This document shows positions 29,635-39,145 of a stretch of DNA of 64,000 nucleotides, one piece after another. Where the stretch lies: NCBI GenBank assembly GCA_965215015.1, contig OZ244042.1, forward strand, positions 224,001 to 288,000, written 5' to 3'. Under the pieces are notes generated by a model that saw only the letters and a program-made list of their open reading frames with translations, searched no databases and was not told where the DNA came from. The DNA is from Candidatus Poribacteria bacterium (GTDB lineage Bacteria; Poribacteria; WGA-4E; PCPOR2b). A program made the position numbers and the translations under genes. Numbering within the stretch: the stretch's first letter is position 1; each line of letters begins with the position of its first letter.

Positions 29635-30459
29635 ATGAACATGCTCATAGATTCGCACGCCCACATCCAATTGGATAGATTTGATACGGATCGAGAAGCT
29701 GTTTTGGAACGGGCTCAAGAAGCTGGTGTGCAGACGATTTTGGTCATCGGATTTAATCTGGAGACCAGTCGTGGGGCGATTGCCCTTGCGAACAAACATG
29801 AGAGGAAAATTTCCGCTACCAATAAAAAGAATAAGAGGGAGGAAAATTTACCTCTCCAGATCTACGCAACCGTTGGTATACATCCACACGATGCAAAAGA
29901 GTTGGATGACGAAACTGTGCGTATCTTTCGTGACTTTGCAGCCCATCCAAAAGTGGTAGCACTCGGCGAAATGGGCTTGGATTACTACCGCAACATTTCA
30001 CCTCATCCGATTCAGAGGGAAGCGTTTGAGCGTCAATTAGATCTAGCTGAGGAATTGGATCTCCCGATTGTTATTCACAACCGCGAAGCCTATCACCACA
30101 TCCTCCCAATTTTGCAGGCGCGGCGCGGCAGGGTACGCGGTGTGATGCACTGCTTTTCGGGTGATGTTGAAATCATGCACAGGAGTCTTGCGCTCGGATT
30201 TTACATCGGCATTGGCGGTCCGGTAACTTATCGCAAAGCAGACACTTTGCAGGAGGTCGCCCGGAAGGTCCCTGCGGACGCCTTGTTGGTGGAAACAGAT
30301 TGTCCGTGGCTAGCACCACAATTTCGACGTGGGAAACGTAACGAACCGGCGTATGTTCGCGCCACGGCGGAGAAGATTGCCGAACTGCGTGGCATTTCGC
30401 TGGAAGAAATTGGCACAATTACGACACGAAATTTTAAAGATTTGTTTATTGCATCATGA
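29635..30459 (+). CDS. tatD: TatD family hydrolase
   Basis: DSHAH, VGIHPH, GEMGLDY, IHNRE, HCFSG, ETDCP. Confidence 0.93.
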   Translation: MNMLIDSHAHIQLDRFDTDREAVLERAQEAGVQTILVIGFNLETSRGAIALANKHERKISATNKKNKREENLPLQIYATVGIHPHDAKELDDETVRIFRDFAAHPKVVALGEMGLDYYRNISPHPIQREAFERQLDLAEELDLPIVIHNREAYHHILPILQARRGRVRGVMHCFSGDVEIMHRSLALGFYIGIGGPVTYRKADTLQEVARKVPADALLVETDCPWLAPQFRRGKRNEPAYVRATAEKIAELRGISLEEIGTITTRNFKDLFIAS

Positions 30460-30549
30460 GTACAATTTAACCCTTGGTATAAGTTTCTTGCAACGTAGAT
30501 GTTATCGCAGACTTAATTCATACCGGACGTTTTAGAGGAGGGTTGTCAG

Positions 30550-31653
30550 ATGAAAATCACAAAGGTCGAGACATTTTTAGTTAAACCCCGTTGGCTCTTT
30601 TTGAAAATTCACACCGACGAGGGTTTGGTAGGGCTTGGGGAACCAATTCTTGAAGGCCGCGCCAAGACCTGTGCACAGGCTGTCGGGGAGCTCACGCCCT
30701 ACCTGATTGGGAAGGATCCACGGCGTGTTGTCCACCACTGGCAGGCAATGTACCGCCACGCCTTCTATCGTGGAGGCCCTATCATGACAAGTGCATTGAG
30801 CGGCGTAGATCAAGCCCTCTGGGATCTTGCCGGAAAATCGCTCGGTGTTCCTGTCTACCAGTTGTTGGGTGGTCCCACACGCGACCGCATCCGTCTGTAC
30901 AAAGGCGGTGGTGATCCGGAAACCATCAAAGAGTGGGTCGCTGAGGGATTCACGGCTTTTAAGACAGGCGTTGCCGGGGGGAGACCCGCCCGGCTAATCG
31001 AATCGAAGGGATTTGTAGACCGCGCTGCTGAACGTTTTGCTGAATTGCGCGAAGCCGCTGGACCTGATGTTGATATTGGTATTGACTTCCACGGGGCAAT
31101 CAGTCCGCAGACAGCGAAATTACTGATTCGTGCGTTGGAGCCTTACCAACCGATGTTTGTCGAGGAGCCGTGTCAATGCCAGAACGTGGATGTGATGGCG
31201 GAGATTGCGCGGGGCACACATTTACCAATTGCCACCGGGGAACGGATTTTCACCAAGTGGGGCTTCCGTGAGATCTTGGAGAAGGGGGCTGCCTCTATCC
31301 TCCAACCAGACCTGTGCCATGCAGGTGGAATCAGCGAAGTCCGAACCATTGCAGGCATGGCGGAAGCATACTATGCAGGCATTGCGCCTCACAATCCACT
31401 GGGCCCAATTTCGCTTGCGGCGTGCATTCAGTTGGATGCATCGATTCCCAACTTCCTCGCACAAGAACACACAACGTTAGGAGAGGGCTACCTCAAGAAT
31501 CCGTTTGTTTTTAAGGATGGTTTTGTGGAGTTACCGACCGGCCCTGGTTTGGGGATTGAGCTGGATGAAGATGCGATGGCTGATAAGATTGACCACGACT
31601 GGCAGAACGCCCAGACCTATGATCCAGATGATGGATCGGTGATCGATTGGTAG
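30550..31653 (+). CDS. dgoD: Galactonate dehydratase (enolase superfamily)
   Basis: PRWLFLKI.TDEG..GLGEP..EGR, FYRGGP, DFHG, EEP, TGER, QPD, APHNPLGP. Confidence 0.88.
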   Translation: MKITKVETFLVKPRWLFLKIHTDEGLVGLGEPILEGRAKTCAQAVGELTPYLIGKDPRRVVHHWQAMYRHAFYRGGPIMTSALSGVDQALWDLAGKSLGVPVYQLLGGPTRDRIRLYKGGGDPETIKEWVAEGFTAFKTGVAGGRPARLIESKGFVDRAAERFAELREAAGPDVDIGIDFHGAISPQTAKLLIRALEPYQPMFVEEPCQCQNVDVMAEIARGTHLPIATGERIFTKWGFREILEKGAASILQPDLCHAGGISEVRTIAGMAEAYYAGIAPHNPLGPISLAACIQLDASIPNFLAQEHTTLGEGYLKNPFVFKDGFVELPTGPGLGIELDEDAMADKIDHDWQNAQTYDPDDGSVIDW

Positions 31654-31728
31654 TTTGAGTAAGGTGACAGACTCATTCAGTTCCCAATTCCTAACGCGAA
31701 CAGGTAATCAACACTCAGGAGGTGCACA

Positions 31729-32499
31729 ATGCTAACAGCAGAACAGGAATCGTATTTTGACACTTTTGGTTTTCTTTTTATGCAGCAGTATTTTTCGCCG
31801 GAGGAGATGAACGAGATTACCCATGAGTTTGACAAGGTGCTCATCGAAGAGCGCGGCGGCAAGCCTTTCACGGGGGAAGAGCAGAGTACGGCAACCATCG
31901 TTGAGCACAGTTCCTTTTTTACGCAACTTGTCGAGGATGATCGAATCTATAAGATTATTGAACAGTTGATGCCGGGTGAATTTATCTGGTCCGGTTCTGA
32001 AGGCAACCTTACTGCCCACAGCCAGCACCGATGGCACGCTGACCGACAAGGTGTGGCGGAGGTTGATTACCTGCGCATCAAGGTCATGATCTATCTTGAC
32101 CCGGTGACAAAAGACCGGGGCTGCCTGCGCGTTATCCCCGGTTCACATCGGCTGCCACTCCACATGGATCTTGAACCGCTTATCGCCCAGAAAGCGAATT
32201 CGAGTCCAGCGACTTTCGGGGTTTCCGGGTCCGACTTGCCGTGTTTTCCGATTGAAGCCCAGCCGGGCGATGTCGTTTTCTTCAATCACTGTTTATGGCA
32301 CGGGATGTTCGGCGGTTGGGCGGGCCGTCGTTATATTGCCCTGAAATTTGCTGCCACGCCGACAACCGAGGCGCACATGACTTCTTTGCGGCGTTGGTCG
32401 CCCTACGCCCTGAAGCCTAATGCGGCGTTTGTGAATAGCGATCGGCCGCGAATTCAAAGCATGATGGAGGGGGTTCCGGGGGGTGAATCAAGGGGCTAA
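31729..32499 (+). CDS. PhyH-family Fe(II)/2OG dioxygenase
   Basis: FDTFGF, WHAD, GCLRVIPGSH, GDVVFF..LWHG. Confidence 0.9.
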   Translation: MLTAEQESYFDTFGFLFMQQYFSPEEMNEITHEFDKVLIEERGGKPFTGEEQSTATIVEHSSFFTQLVEDDRIYKIIEQLMPGEFIWSGSEGNLTAHSQHRWHADRQGVAEVDYLRIKVMIYLDPVTKDRGCLRVIPGSHRLPLHMDLEPLIAQKANSSPATFGVSGSDLPCFPIEAQPGDVVFFNHCLWHGMFGGWAGRRYIALKFAATPTTEAHMTSLRRWSPYALKPNAAFVNSDRPRIQSMMEGVPGGESRG

Positions 32500-32569
32500 T
32501 ACGTGTTAGCTTGACATTGGGTACAATCATCACAGGGATCGGTTGAAAATCTATTGCGAATATTCCAGC

Positions 32570-33868
32570 TCATATCTCAGCCTGCTTCGGGTCACGGATG
32601 AAAAGCGCGGTCAAGATAGTCGCGAGCGTCGAAGCTATGAGAACAAAGAGCCAAGGATAGCTGGGATTTTGAGCGTAGAGGTAACCTCCCGCAAGAGATG
32701 CTATCATCAAGGGTAGAGTAATGAGGAATCCGGTACCAGGCCCACCAGTTCCACCCCCTGCGGCACCAATCATGACTCCGCCCTGTCCCAACGCTGCCAT
32801 CACCCGTCCCCGAATGTCTCGTGGCGCGATGTCCGCCATCAGCGCACTACACGCAGGGATAGCAATGGCAGATGCTACTGCAATCACCAACCGTATCAGA
32901 AGAACAGCGGTGAAATCTTTCGCAAGAATGAACAGTGGCATTGCCCCAGTCGAAAGGATCAAGGCTGCCAACAGTGAGGTCGTCCTGCCCCAACGGTCCA
33001 CGACAACACCCGCCGGGATGAGTATCACGAGGCGCAACGCTGTCTCACAAAGCAAAATCAATCCCCACTGTGATGAAGATAGACCGATTCGCTCTATAGC
33101 ATAGACCACCCAAAAGGGACTCGCCACTCCGTTGACCATAAAGCCTAAAATAATAACACCCGCCAGTGCCTTCAGAGAGGAGGGGAACCCCCGCAACAAC
33201 GTGGGAATTCCACTATACGCTTTGGTAAGCAAGCTTGGGAGGGAAGCAACTGTCAGGCGAGTATGGAATTTCGGTATAGATTCTTTGAGAAAGCGGACAT
33301 GTATAATAGCGGAAGCCAGATATAACACCAGCATCGCTCCATAAAGCGTCCGGACACCGGTGTTTGGGCCAGAGAGCTCTACAACGATACCGGCGATGTA
33401 AGGCGCGAAGATGGAGAGACCGCTCGAAATGGTGTTCATCGTCGCGATGCCTCTGCCACGGTCTTCTGGAGACAGCGAGTCGGCAATCAATGCGGACCGA
33501 GGTGGAAATCCCAAAACCACTAAACCACTCATCAATGAAGCGATCGCAATTATTTGCCATTTGAATGCAAGGACATATATTAGGACAAAGGCAACAGAGA
33601 GGTAATTACCTAGCACGATAAGTTTGACCCGGCTGGCGCGATCGGTGAGGTAGCCGGCAATCGGGAATACAATCAATCCGGCCAGTGGTCTGAGAAAGTT
33701 CACCCAGCCTATAGTTCTGGCATCTCCACCGAGGGCAAGGACATATAGCGATGCGTAAGGGAAAACCATCGCGCGGGCAAAGTTACCTAGCAGCCCGGTA
33801 ATGGAAAAGATTACAATGTTGCCAGACATTAACCTTTTCGTATTGCCGATAACACTGTTATTAGGCAT
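32570..33868 (-). CDS. MFS transporter
   Basis: 12 hydrophobic segments, G.LTDRASR and DRWGR motifs. Confidence 0.9.
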   Translation of the reverse strand: MPNNSVIGNTKRLMSGNIVIFSITGLLGNFARAMVFPYASLYVLALGGDARTIGWVNFLRPLAGLIVFPIAGYLTDRASRVKLIVLGNYLSVAFVLIYVLAFKWQIIAIASLMSGLVVLGFPPRSALIADSLSPEDRGRGIATMNTISSGLSIFAPYIAGIVVELSGPNTGVRTLYGAMLVLYLASAIIHVRFLKESIPKFHTRLTVASLPSLLTKAYSGIPTLLRGFPSSLKALAGVIILGFMVNGVASPFWVVYAIERIGLSSSQWGLILLCETALRLVILIPAGVVVDRWGRTTSLLAALILSTGAMPLFILAKDFTAVLLIRLVIAVASAIAIPACSALMADIAPRDIRGRVMAALGQGGVMIGAAGGGTGGPGTGFLITLPLMIASLAGGYLYAQNPSYPWLFVLIASTLATILTALFIRDPKQAEI

Positions 33869-33898
33869 AACACGCCTCCTTATTTTTTGTGTCTAGTC

Positions 33899-35461
33899 CT
33901 ATTCTCCCTGAAGCGTAACGACCTCCGGCAATGGCATATAGTTCTGTTTTTCAAGTAAGGCGAGGAGTTTCTTAGATTGCTGGCGTGATACCACGAGATC
34001 CATCGGGGAAATCTCGCCGAGAATATATCTTCCAATCAGTTTGGAGGCTTTGATTTCTTGAGCGATCCGGGCGTTTTTGCAACGGAGCAGCATCACGTCC
34101 ATCAGGTAGATTTGCCCATACTGTTCTGCCCAATCTTTAATTGATACTTCAACATTCTGTGGAATGCCAGTTTTGGAATAGGCTTTCAAAAACGCCAAGA
34201 TTTCATCAAGGGAGAAGCCCGACCGCAAGCCTTTGTAGATTGATTCAGCGGAGAATTTGTAGGTAGACATCTGATCCGCTTGATGAAGCTCCGCAATATG
34301 ATTGAGTTTCCAACGGAGTTCGGGGGCCAGATAACTTGAGGCAAGTACCTCGTGGTTCGGTTGAATGATAAACGACGACTCGAACTCGTAACCCTCAATC
34401 GGTTCGTCATAGAGGAGGTGTTGTCCAAGATCTGTCACCTGAACCGCAACATCGTCTCCCAAGTGGGCAAATGCAACCCCTCCCATATAGGTCAGGTAGT
34501 TAATAAAAGAACGTTCCAGATGGGAATAAAGTGTTTGCAGCCAATTCGCGTTCACCGTGAATCTGGAGATCTGATCTTGAATCGAGGAAAGCAGTGTCCA
34601 ACGTTCTGGAGTGAGCGTGCGTACAATGGATAGTGCTGTTGAAACTGAGGGATCTTTCGAGATACTGTATTTCAACCAGTGACTGTATATGTCCAATAGT
34701 TTTTCTGTATCGGTCTTTTGGATCCACTCCCGCCCGGCTTCACTGCATATTAGGTCGGAATCCTTTCGACGAACGAATTTTTGGGACCGGCAAAACTGAA
34801 GGATAAAAGCTAAACGATCCGGATTTCCCGTCGTTGGATTGATTCGGTGGTAAACCTTTGGTGTATCGTTCGGCACTTCAAAACGTCCGAGAAGCTGTTT
34901 CTGTATACGCTTGTAGATACTGCCCTGTTGCGTCTGCTGTATTCCGTACTGGGAAGCAAAGCAGAGAAAGGTGAAAGTATCTCGGACCAGCGCAAACCCG
35001 TCATCGCGAAAATTTTGGGGCTTTTTTTGGGGGGACCTAAGGGCAGTGTTTATATCCTTTGCAAAAATTTTCTGCAGCAACAAACGAAGGTCTTCAGGAA
35101 CGATATAGTGATATTCCATGTTGTCTGTCACAATCGCGAAAATAAGCCCGGATTCGCTAAGCACCTGCAAGATTTCTGCACCTTTGCTTGACCAGTCGCG
35201 GCTCATTTGATTCACCTTTTGATTAAAGGAGTGGAACGGAACCCCCATTTCACCGGCGGAAAACGCAAGGATCATTAGCACTAAACACTCGTGATAATTG
35301 AAACGCGCCACTAAGTTCTTCAACGAGGCCGGATTCAGAAATGTCTCAACCATTTGCTCGTGCAGCTTTGAGGTTGGAAGGCGGTCAGCTAATCCGATTC
35401 GGCGTGCGACCCGTTGGCAATAGGCTTTGGAGGTGTGTTTAAGGACATCTCTGTAATTCAT
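33899..35461 (-). CDS. XPB/Ssl2 helicase-associated domain protein
   Basis: C-terminal IIQPNHEV..YKFSAESI..GL..G..EILAFL....IPQNV...IKDW; no helicase motifs. Confidence 0.8.
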   Translation of the reverse strand: MNYRDVLKHTSKAYCQRVARRIGLADRLPTSKLHEQMVETFLNPASLKNLVARFNYHECLVLMILAFSAGEMGVPFHSFNQKVNQMSRDWSSKGAEILQVLSESGLIFAIVTDNMEYHYIVPEDLRLLLQKIFAKDINTALRSPQKKPQNFRDDGFALVRDTFTFLCFASQYGIQQTQQGSIYKRIQKQLLGRFEVPNDTPKVYHRINPTTGNPDRLAFILQFCRSQKFVRRKDSDLICSEAGREWIQKTDTEKLLDIYSHWLKYSISKDPSVSTALSIVRTLTPERWTLLSSIQDQISRFTVNANWLQTLYSHLERSFINYLTYMGGVAFAHLGDDVAVQVTDLGQHLLYDEPIEGYEFESSFIIQPNHEVLASSYLAPELRWKLNHIAELHQADQMSTYKFSAESIYKGLRSGFSLDEILAFLKAYSKTGIPQNVEVSIKDWAEQYGQIYLMDVMLLRCKNARIAQEIKASKLIGRYILGEISPMDLVVSRQQSKKLLALLEKQNYMPLPEVVTLQGE

Positions 35462-35602
35462 TGTGTACTCAAATGTTCCTAATCGGAGATTGGGTAAAAG
35501 ATAAATTATAGCATATCAGCACAACAAAACAAGCCTTATTTCTGATTTCCATTGCTGAATCCGTGAGACAATTCGAGCCCCCTCACACAAATAACCCTGT
35601 TC

Positions 35603-35625
35603 GTAGTAGCGCAATGAATTGCGCG
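35603..35625 (+). repeat. GTAG-type REP-like palindrome
   Basis: GTAGTA-GCGCAAT-GA-ATTGCGC-G, copy of 3333-3355. Confidence 0.7.
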
Positions 35626-35756
35626 TTTGTTCCTATCCGCGTCCTCCGCTAAAGCCGCGATCCAACACTTGTTTCATTCGTGTCGATTGGCGGAGATTTG
35701 CGGAGGTATTTTTTAACCATTCCGTAAGAAAAGTAGCAGATATATGGAGAGAATCA

Positions 35757-37181
35757 ATGAAATCACCTAAACATGATGTTTGGAAGTGGCGAATTGCGTT
35801 GATGATGTTGGGCACTTGGATTTGCCTTGAGGGCGTGGAGATACTCACAATCGCAGAGGTACGCCCCCCCCGTCGAAGAAGAGGATTGATGATCAGCCCA
35901 GATGACTTAAAGAAAAAGGAGGAACCAACGGTTGATATTGGGAAAAGCCTTGTGGAAATTGCCCGACGGGCAAGCCGTCTGAGCGACAATCAGATGGTCG
36001 ATCTGGTCTTTGTTATCGATGGAAGTGTGGAGATGAAGGGGCCGGGTAAAATCGTTGAAGGACGGCTTGTTGATATCGCCAGTGCCTTTGAAGAAGAATC
36101 GATCATTGATTATCAGTTTGGGCTTGTTTGGTTCCAAAATGCCGGTAAGACATCACGAATCACGGTCAAACCGTTGCAGGGTGGACTTATTGAGATTGAA
36201 GACAACTTTCGCAAGATGACGCCGCCGAAATTTAAAGGGCGTATCACCGGACACGGGCTCGATGCGATTATGAAAGGGCTTGAAGAGTTACAATTCCGGG
36301 CGGAGGCCGAGAAACATCTCGTTGTTGTGACAAATTCAAATCTGAAAACATCTTGGGAGGGCAGAGACGGAAGGAATCAGGTTATAGGGAAGATTCTGGA
36401 TTGGTGTAAACGGGACAAGATTCGGATTAACATCATCGGAATCAACCAAGAAATACAGGTGCAATTAACCAACTACACCGGGGGCAAATGGCACCCAATC
36501 GACAAATATCAACGTAGGATTAACCCTGTGCCTCTGATAGACAGGTCTGTACTCAAAATTGATGGGATTTTCAGACGCATCGCTCAACATATCGCTGTAA
36601 CGGTGAAGCAACCCGCTGATATAGTGTTTGTTTATGACTCCAGCTTAAGCATGGACAATAAAGTGGACGAAGCCTGCACAGGACTGGATCTATTGGTCGG
36701 GATTCTGGATGGCGAAGGATTAGATTATCGATTGGGAATCATTCGGTTCTGGGCTCAGTCGGGAGGGGGCGAAAGTTTGGTTACAATAACGCAACCCCCA
36801 TTAAATGCTAAGCAGGTCAAGAAACTATTTCAGAGACCTAGACGTGGTGATGAACATCTGTTGGACGCAATTATGGAGGGTGTGCCCAAACTCAAAACGC
36901 CGGACGATCGAAAACTTGTGCTTTTTGTTGTGACTGATGAGTCTACCACTAAGGGGCCAGGAAAAAAATATACATCCGCAAGGGCAATCGAAGTCTGCCG
37001 CGACGCTGGCGCACAGGTCAACGTCATTGGGGGCATCGCGCCAATGGGGAGTGCTGTATCTTCTCTGGCTGGTGGCAAACTTCATGTAGATTTTCAGCAA
37101 CGTGTCGCCGAGGTCACAAAGGGGCAACACTACATCATGCCGGGGAGTCCGTCGCACTTGAGGCAGAGTGACATCAGGTAA
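35757..37181 (+). CDS. Protein with two tandem vWA domains
   Basis: DLVFVIDGS.EM and DIVFVYDSS.SM MIDAS-like starts, VVVTN/VVTDE; N-terminal hydrophobic segment; start moved to ATG 35757. Confidence 0.85.
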   Translation: MKSPKHDVWKWRIALMMLGTWICLEGVEILTIAEVRPPRRRRGLMISPDDLKKKEEPTVDIGKSLVEIARRASRLSDNQMVDLVFVIDGSVEMKGPGKIVEGRLVDIASAFEEESIIDYQFGLVWFQNAGKTSRITVKPLQGGLIEIEDNFRKMTPPKFKGRITGHGLDAIMKGLEELQFRAEAEKHLVVVTNSNLKTSWEGRDGRNQVIGKILDWCKRDKIRINIIGINQEIQVQLTNYTGGKWHPIDKYQRRINPVPLIDRSVLKIDGIFRRIAQHIAVTVKQPADIVFVYDSSLSMDNKVDEACTGLDLLVGILDGEGLDYRLGIIRFWAQSGGGESLVTITQPPLNAKQVKKLFQRPRRGDEHLLDAIMEGVPKLKTPDDRKLVLFVVTDESTTKGPGKKYTSARAIEVCRDAGAQVNVIGGIAPMGSAVSSLAGGKLHVDFQQRVAEVTKGQHYIMPGSPSHLRQSDIR

Positions 37182-37195
37182 GGGTTAGACATAAT

Positions 37196-37441
37196 GGCTC
37201 ATGTTAAAAGACAGTGCAAAACGCAAAAAGCCCCTATCCGATTGGGAGAACACCCGGAACATCGCGCGATGTTCCGGGCTAATTGAGCCAGGATTATTAG
37301 CACGATAGTGTCTGGTGTCTTCGTAAGTCATTCGTTCCGAAAGACAATCATACCGGGACGTGAAACGTGAAAATCATTTGCTCATTGGTACAGTCGGGTT
37401 AGGAAGTCCCGATTCTATTGCACGATTTCTTAACATGAGCC
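37196..37441. mobile_element. MITE-like element, family A copy 1
   Basis: 24-bp imperfect TIRs GGCTCATGTTAAAAGACAGTGCAA / TTGCACGATTTCTTAACATGAGCC. Confidence 0.75.
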
Positions 37442-37526
37442 AACATAACCATTTCGATATTCTTGTCTCTAGAATCTATCGGGTTAAAAATCTCTGATTA
37501 CTCACCATACATAGAAAGGAGATATC

Positions 37527-38324
37527 ATGATAGACAATGAATTGGCTCTCGCTTCAGCGACCGATCTTTTGGAGTTAATCTCGACAAAGCAGGTTTCCCC
37601 GGTGGAGTTGACTGAAATGTACTTTGACCGCATTGATAAGCTAGATTCGCAACTAAATGCATTCCTGCTCTTGACTCACGACGAGGCAATGGAGACTGCC
37701 GAGGCTGCAGTTGTCCGTGGAGACGAACTTGGGGCACTGCACGGATTGCCCATCCCCATTAAAGACACTCAAATGACCAAGGGAATACGGACGACTTCAG
37801 GGTCGGTGGTATACAAGGACCGGATACCGGAAAGGGATTCAGCAGTGGTGGAGCGGGTGCGAGAAGCCGGGGGCATCATCATAGGTAAAACCAATGTTCC
37901 AGAGTTCGGCATGGTTGGCACCTGTGAGAACAGCCTAGGCAGCCCCGGGTGTAACCCTTGGAATACCAATCGTACGCCGGGAGGATCCAGCGGGGGCGCG
38001 GCGGTGGCAGCGCACCTGTTTGAGAAATACGATTTGTTGCTTTCACCGACATCGTGCTTTCCTGCCTTCCCCAACGGCGAGTATCCCGGTAAGTGGTCGC
38101 CTGACAGAATCTTTCCAGATCAGTACTGGAACGGTGCGTTCACATTACCGATTAACGTGATTGGACACCCCGCTGCCGCCGTACCCGCAGGTTTCTCATC
38201 CGACAATCTGCCCATCGGTCTCCATATTGTGGGGAGGAAGGGGGATGAGGAGACAGTCCTGGCTGCGTCAGGTGCCTTTGAGCGGGCACAGCCATGGATA
38301 CAACACCAACCCCCGGTCTCCTGA
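37527..38324 (+). pseudogene. Amidase-signature gene with large in-frame internal deletion
   Basis: GLPIPIKD, GKTNVPEF, TPGGSSGG joined directly to YDLLLSPT; nucleophile region (GSDxGGSIR) missing; 265 aa. Confidence 0.8.
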
Positions 38325-38398
38325 GTGTACACTTAAATATGAATATGCCTATACCAACTAATTCGTATCCTTATCCGCGATCATCAGAGGATTACATT

Positions 38399-38430
38399 AG
38401 GCGAATAGCTTGGTCCATTCGCCTTTTTTT
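38399..38430 (+). terminator. Intrinsic terminator-like hairpin between convergent genes
   Basis: AGGCGAAT...ATTCGCCT followed by T run. Confidence 0.6.
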
Positions 38431-38464
38431 ATGACCCGCCCTTGAATTACTGAAATAAACCGGG

Positions 38465-39133
38465 TTAAAACGCTGTGGACATCGCAATCCCAAATGTTTC
38501 GAGCCAGATGTACATTAGACTGACGCCGTGCTGGTTATAAAAATAGTTGAACATCAGATGGGGTTCTTTTCCGTCATACATGCCACGCACGGAAAAACCT
38601 TTGCCAAATTCAACGCTGGCTCCAAAAGGAAAATTGAGTCCGCCATCCCACTCAGAATAATTCACGGTCCCATACACTGAGAGTGGTAGATACGGTAGCC
38701 GTTTGGCGGCTGTTAAAAAATAGGCTTGTTCACCCGCGGGAGAGCCAATGCGGCCGGAACTTGTTCCGAGAAATAGCGCAGGACGGATATCGGTTTCGGT
38801 AGACAGGAATAGGCTGAAAAGCGGCGACACCTCTGACGCCGCAGGATTATACTCCACACCGACTTGAAGCCTGTCTATCAATCGATAATTTAGCGTCGTT
38901 CTCCAGCGCGGGCGTTTCTTCTCCGTATTCACATAACGCCAAGATGCCGCCCATTTCGTCTGAATACCGCTCCCCCGAAGCGGTGCCCCCTCGCCGGGTC
39001 ACGCACTTCAGGTGGGGGCTGTGGCTGTCGGTCGTTTCGGTTGCAGCGGTTTGAGTTGAAATTTGTCCTCATCCGCCCAACCACCGACCGCTACCGCGAA
39101 GAATAAACAGAGAAGTAGATAGCGAATAGACAT
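38465..39133 (-). CDS. Predicted selenoprotein (U42-x-x-U45), secreted beta-barrel-like protein, 222 aa
   Basis: ATG 39133 with GGGA RBS 12 nt after upstream stop; signal peptide MSIRYLLLCLFFAVAVGGWA; in-frame TGA at 39010-39008 and 39001-38999; frame continues into the 155-aa ORF; amphipathic strands and terminal Phe. Confidence 0.8.
38966..39007 (-). promoter_or_regulatory. Candidate bacterial SECIS hairpin(s)
   Basis: ACCGCUUC-GGG-GGAGCGGU starts 15 nt after the second UGA; weaker GUGC..CCC-GGCGA-GGG..GCAC directly after the first UGA. Confidence 0.6.
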
Positions 39134-39145
39134 GAGATTTTCCCG

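Noticed and set aside
35619-35756. N-terminal extension of the vWA protein
   Set aside because: Runs through a REP palindrome and repetitive intergenic DNA; ATG 35757 has an RBS.
38999-39010. Alternative genetic code (TGA = Trp/Gly) as explanation of the two TGAs
   Set aside because: TGA is used as a normal stop elsewhere in the window (e.g. genes ending 10739, 13119, 16155, 23459) and other genes lack internal TGA.
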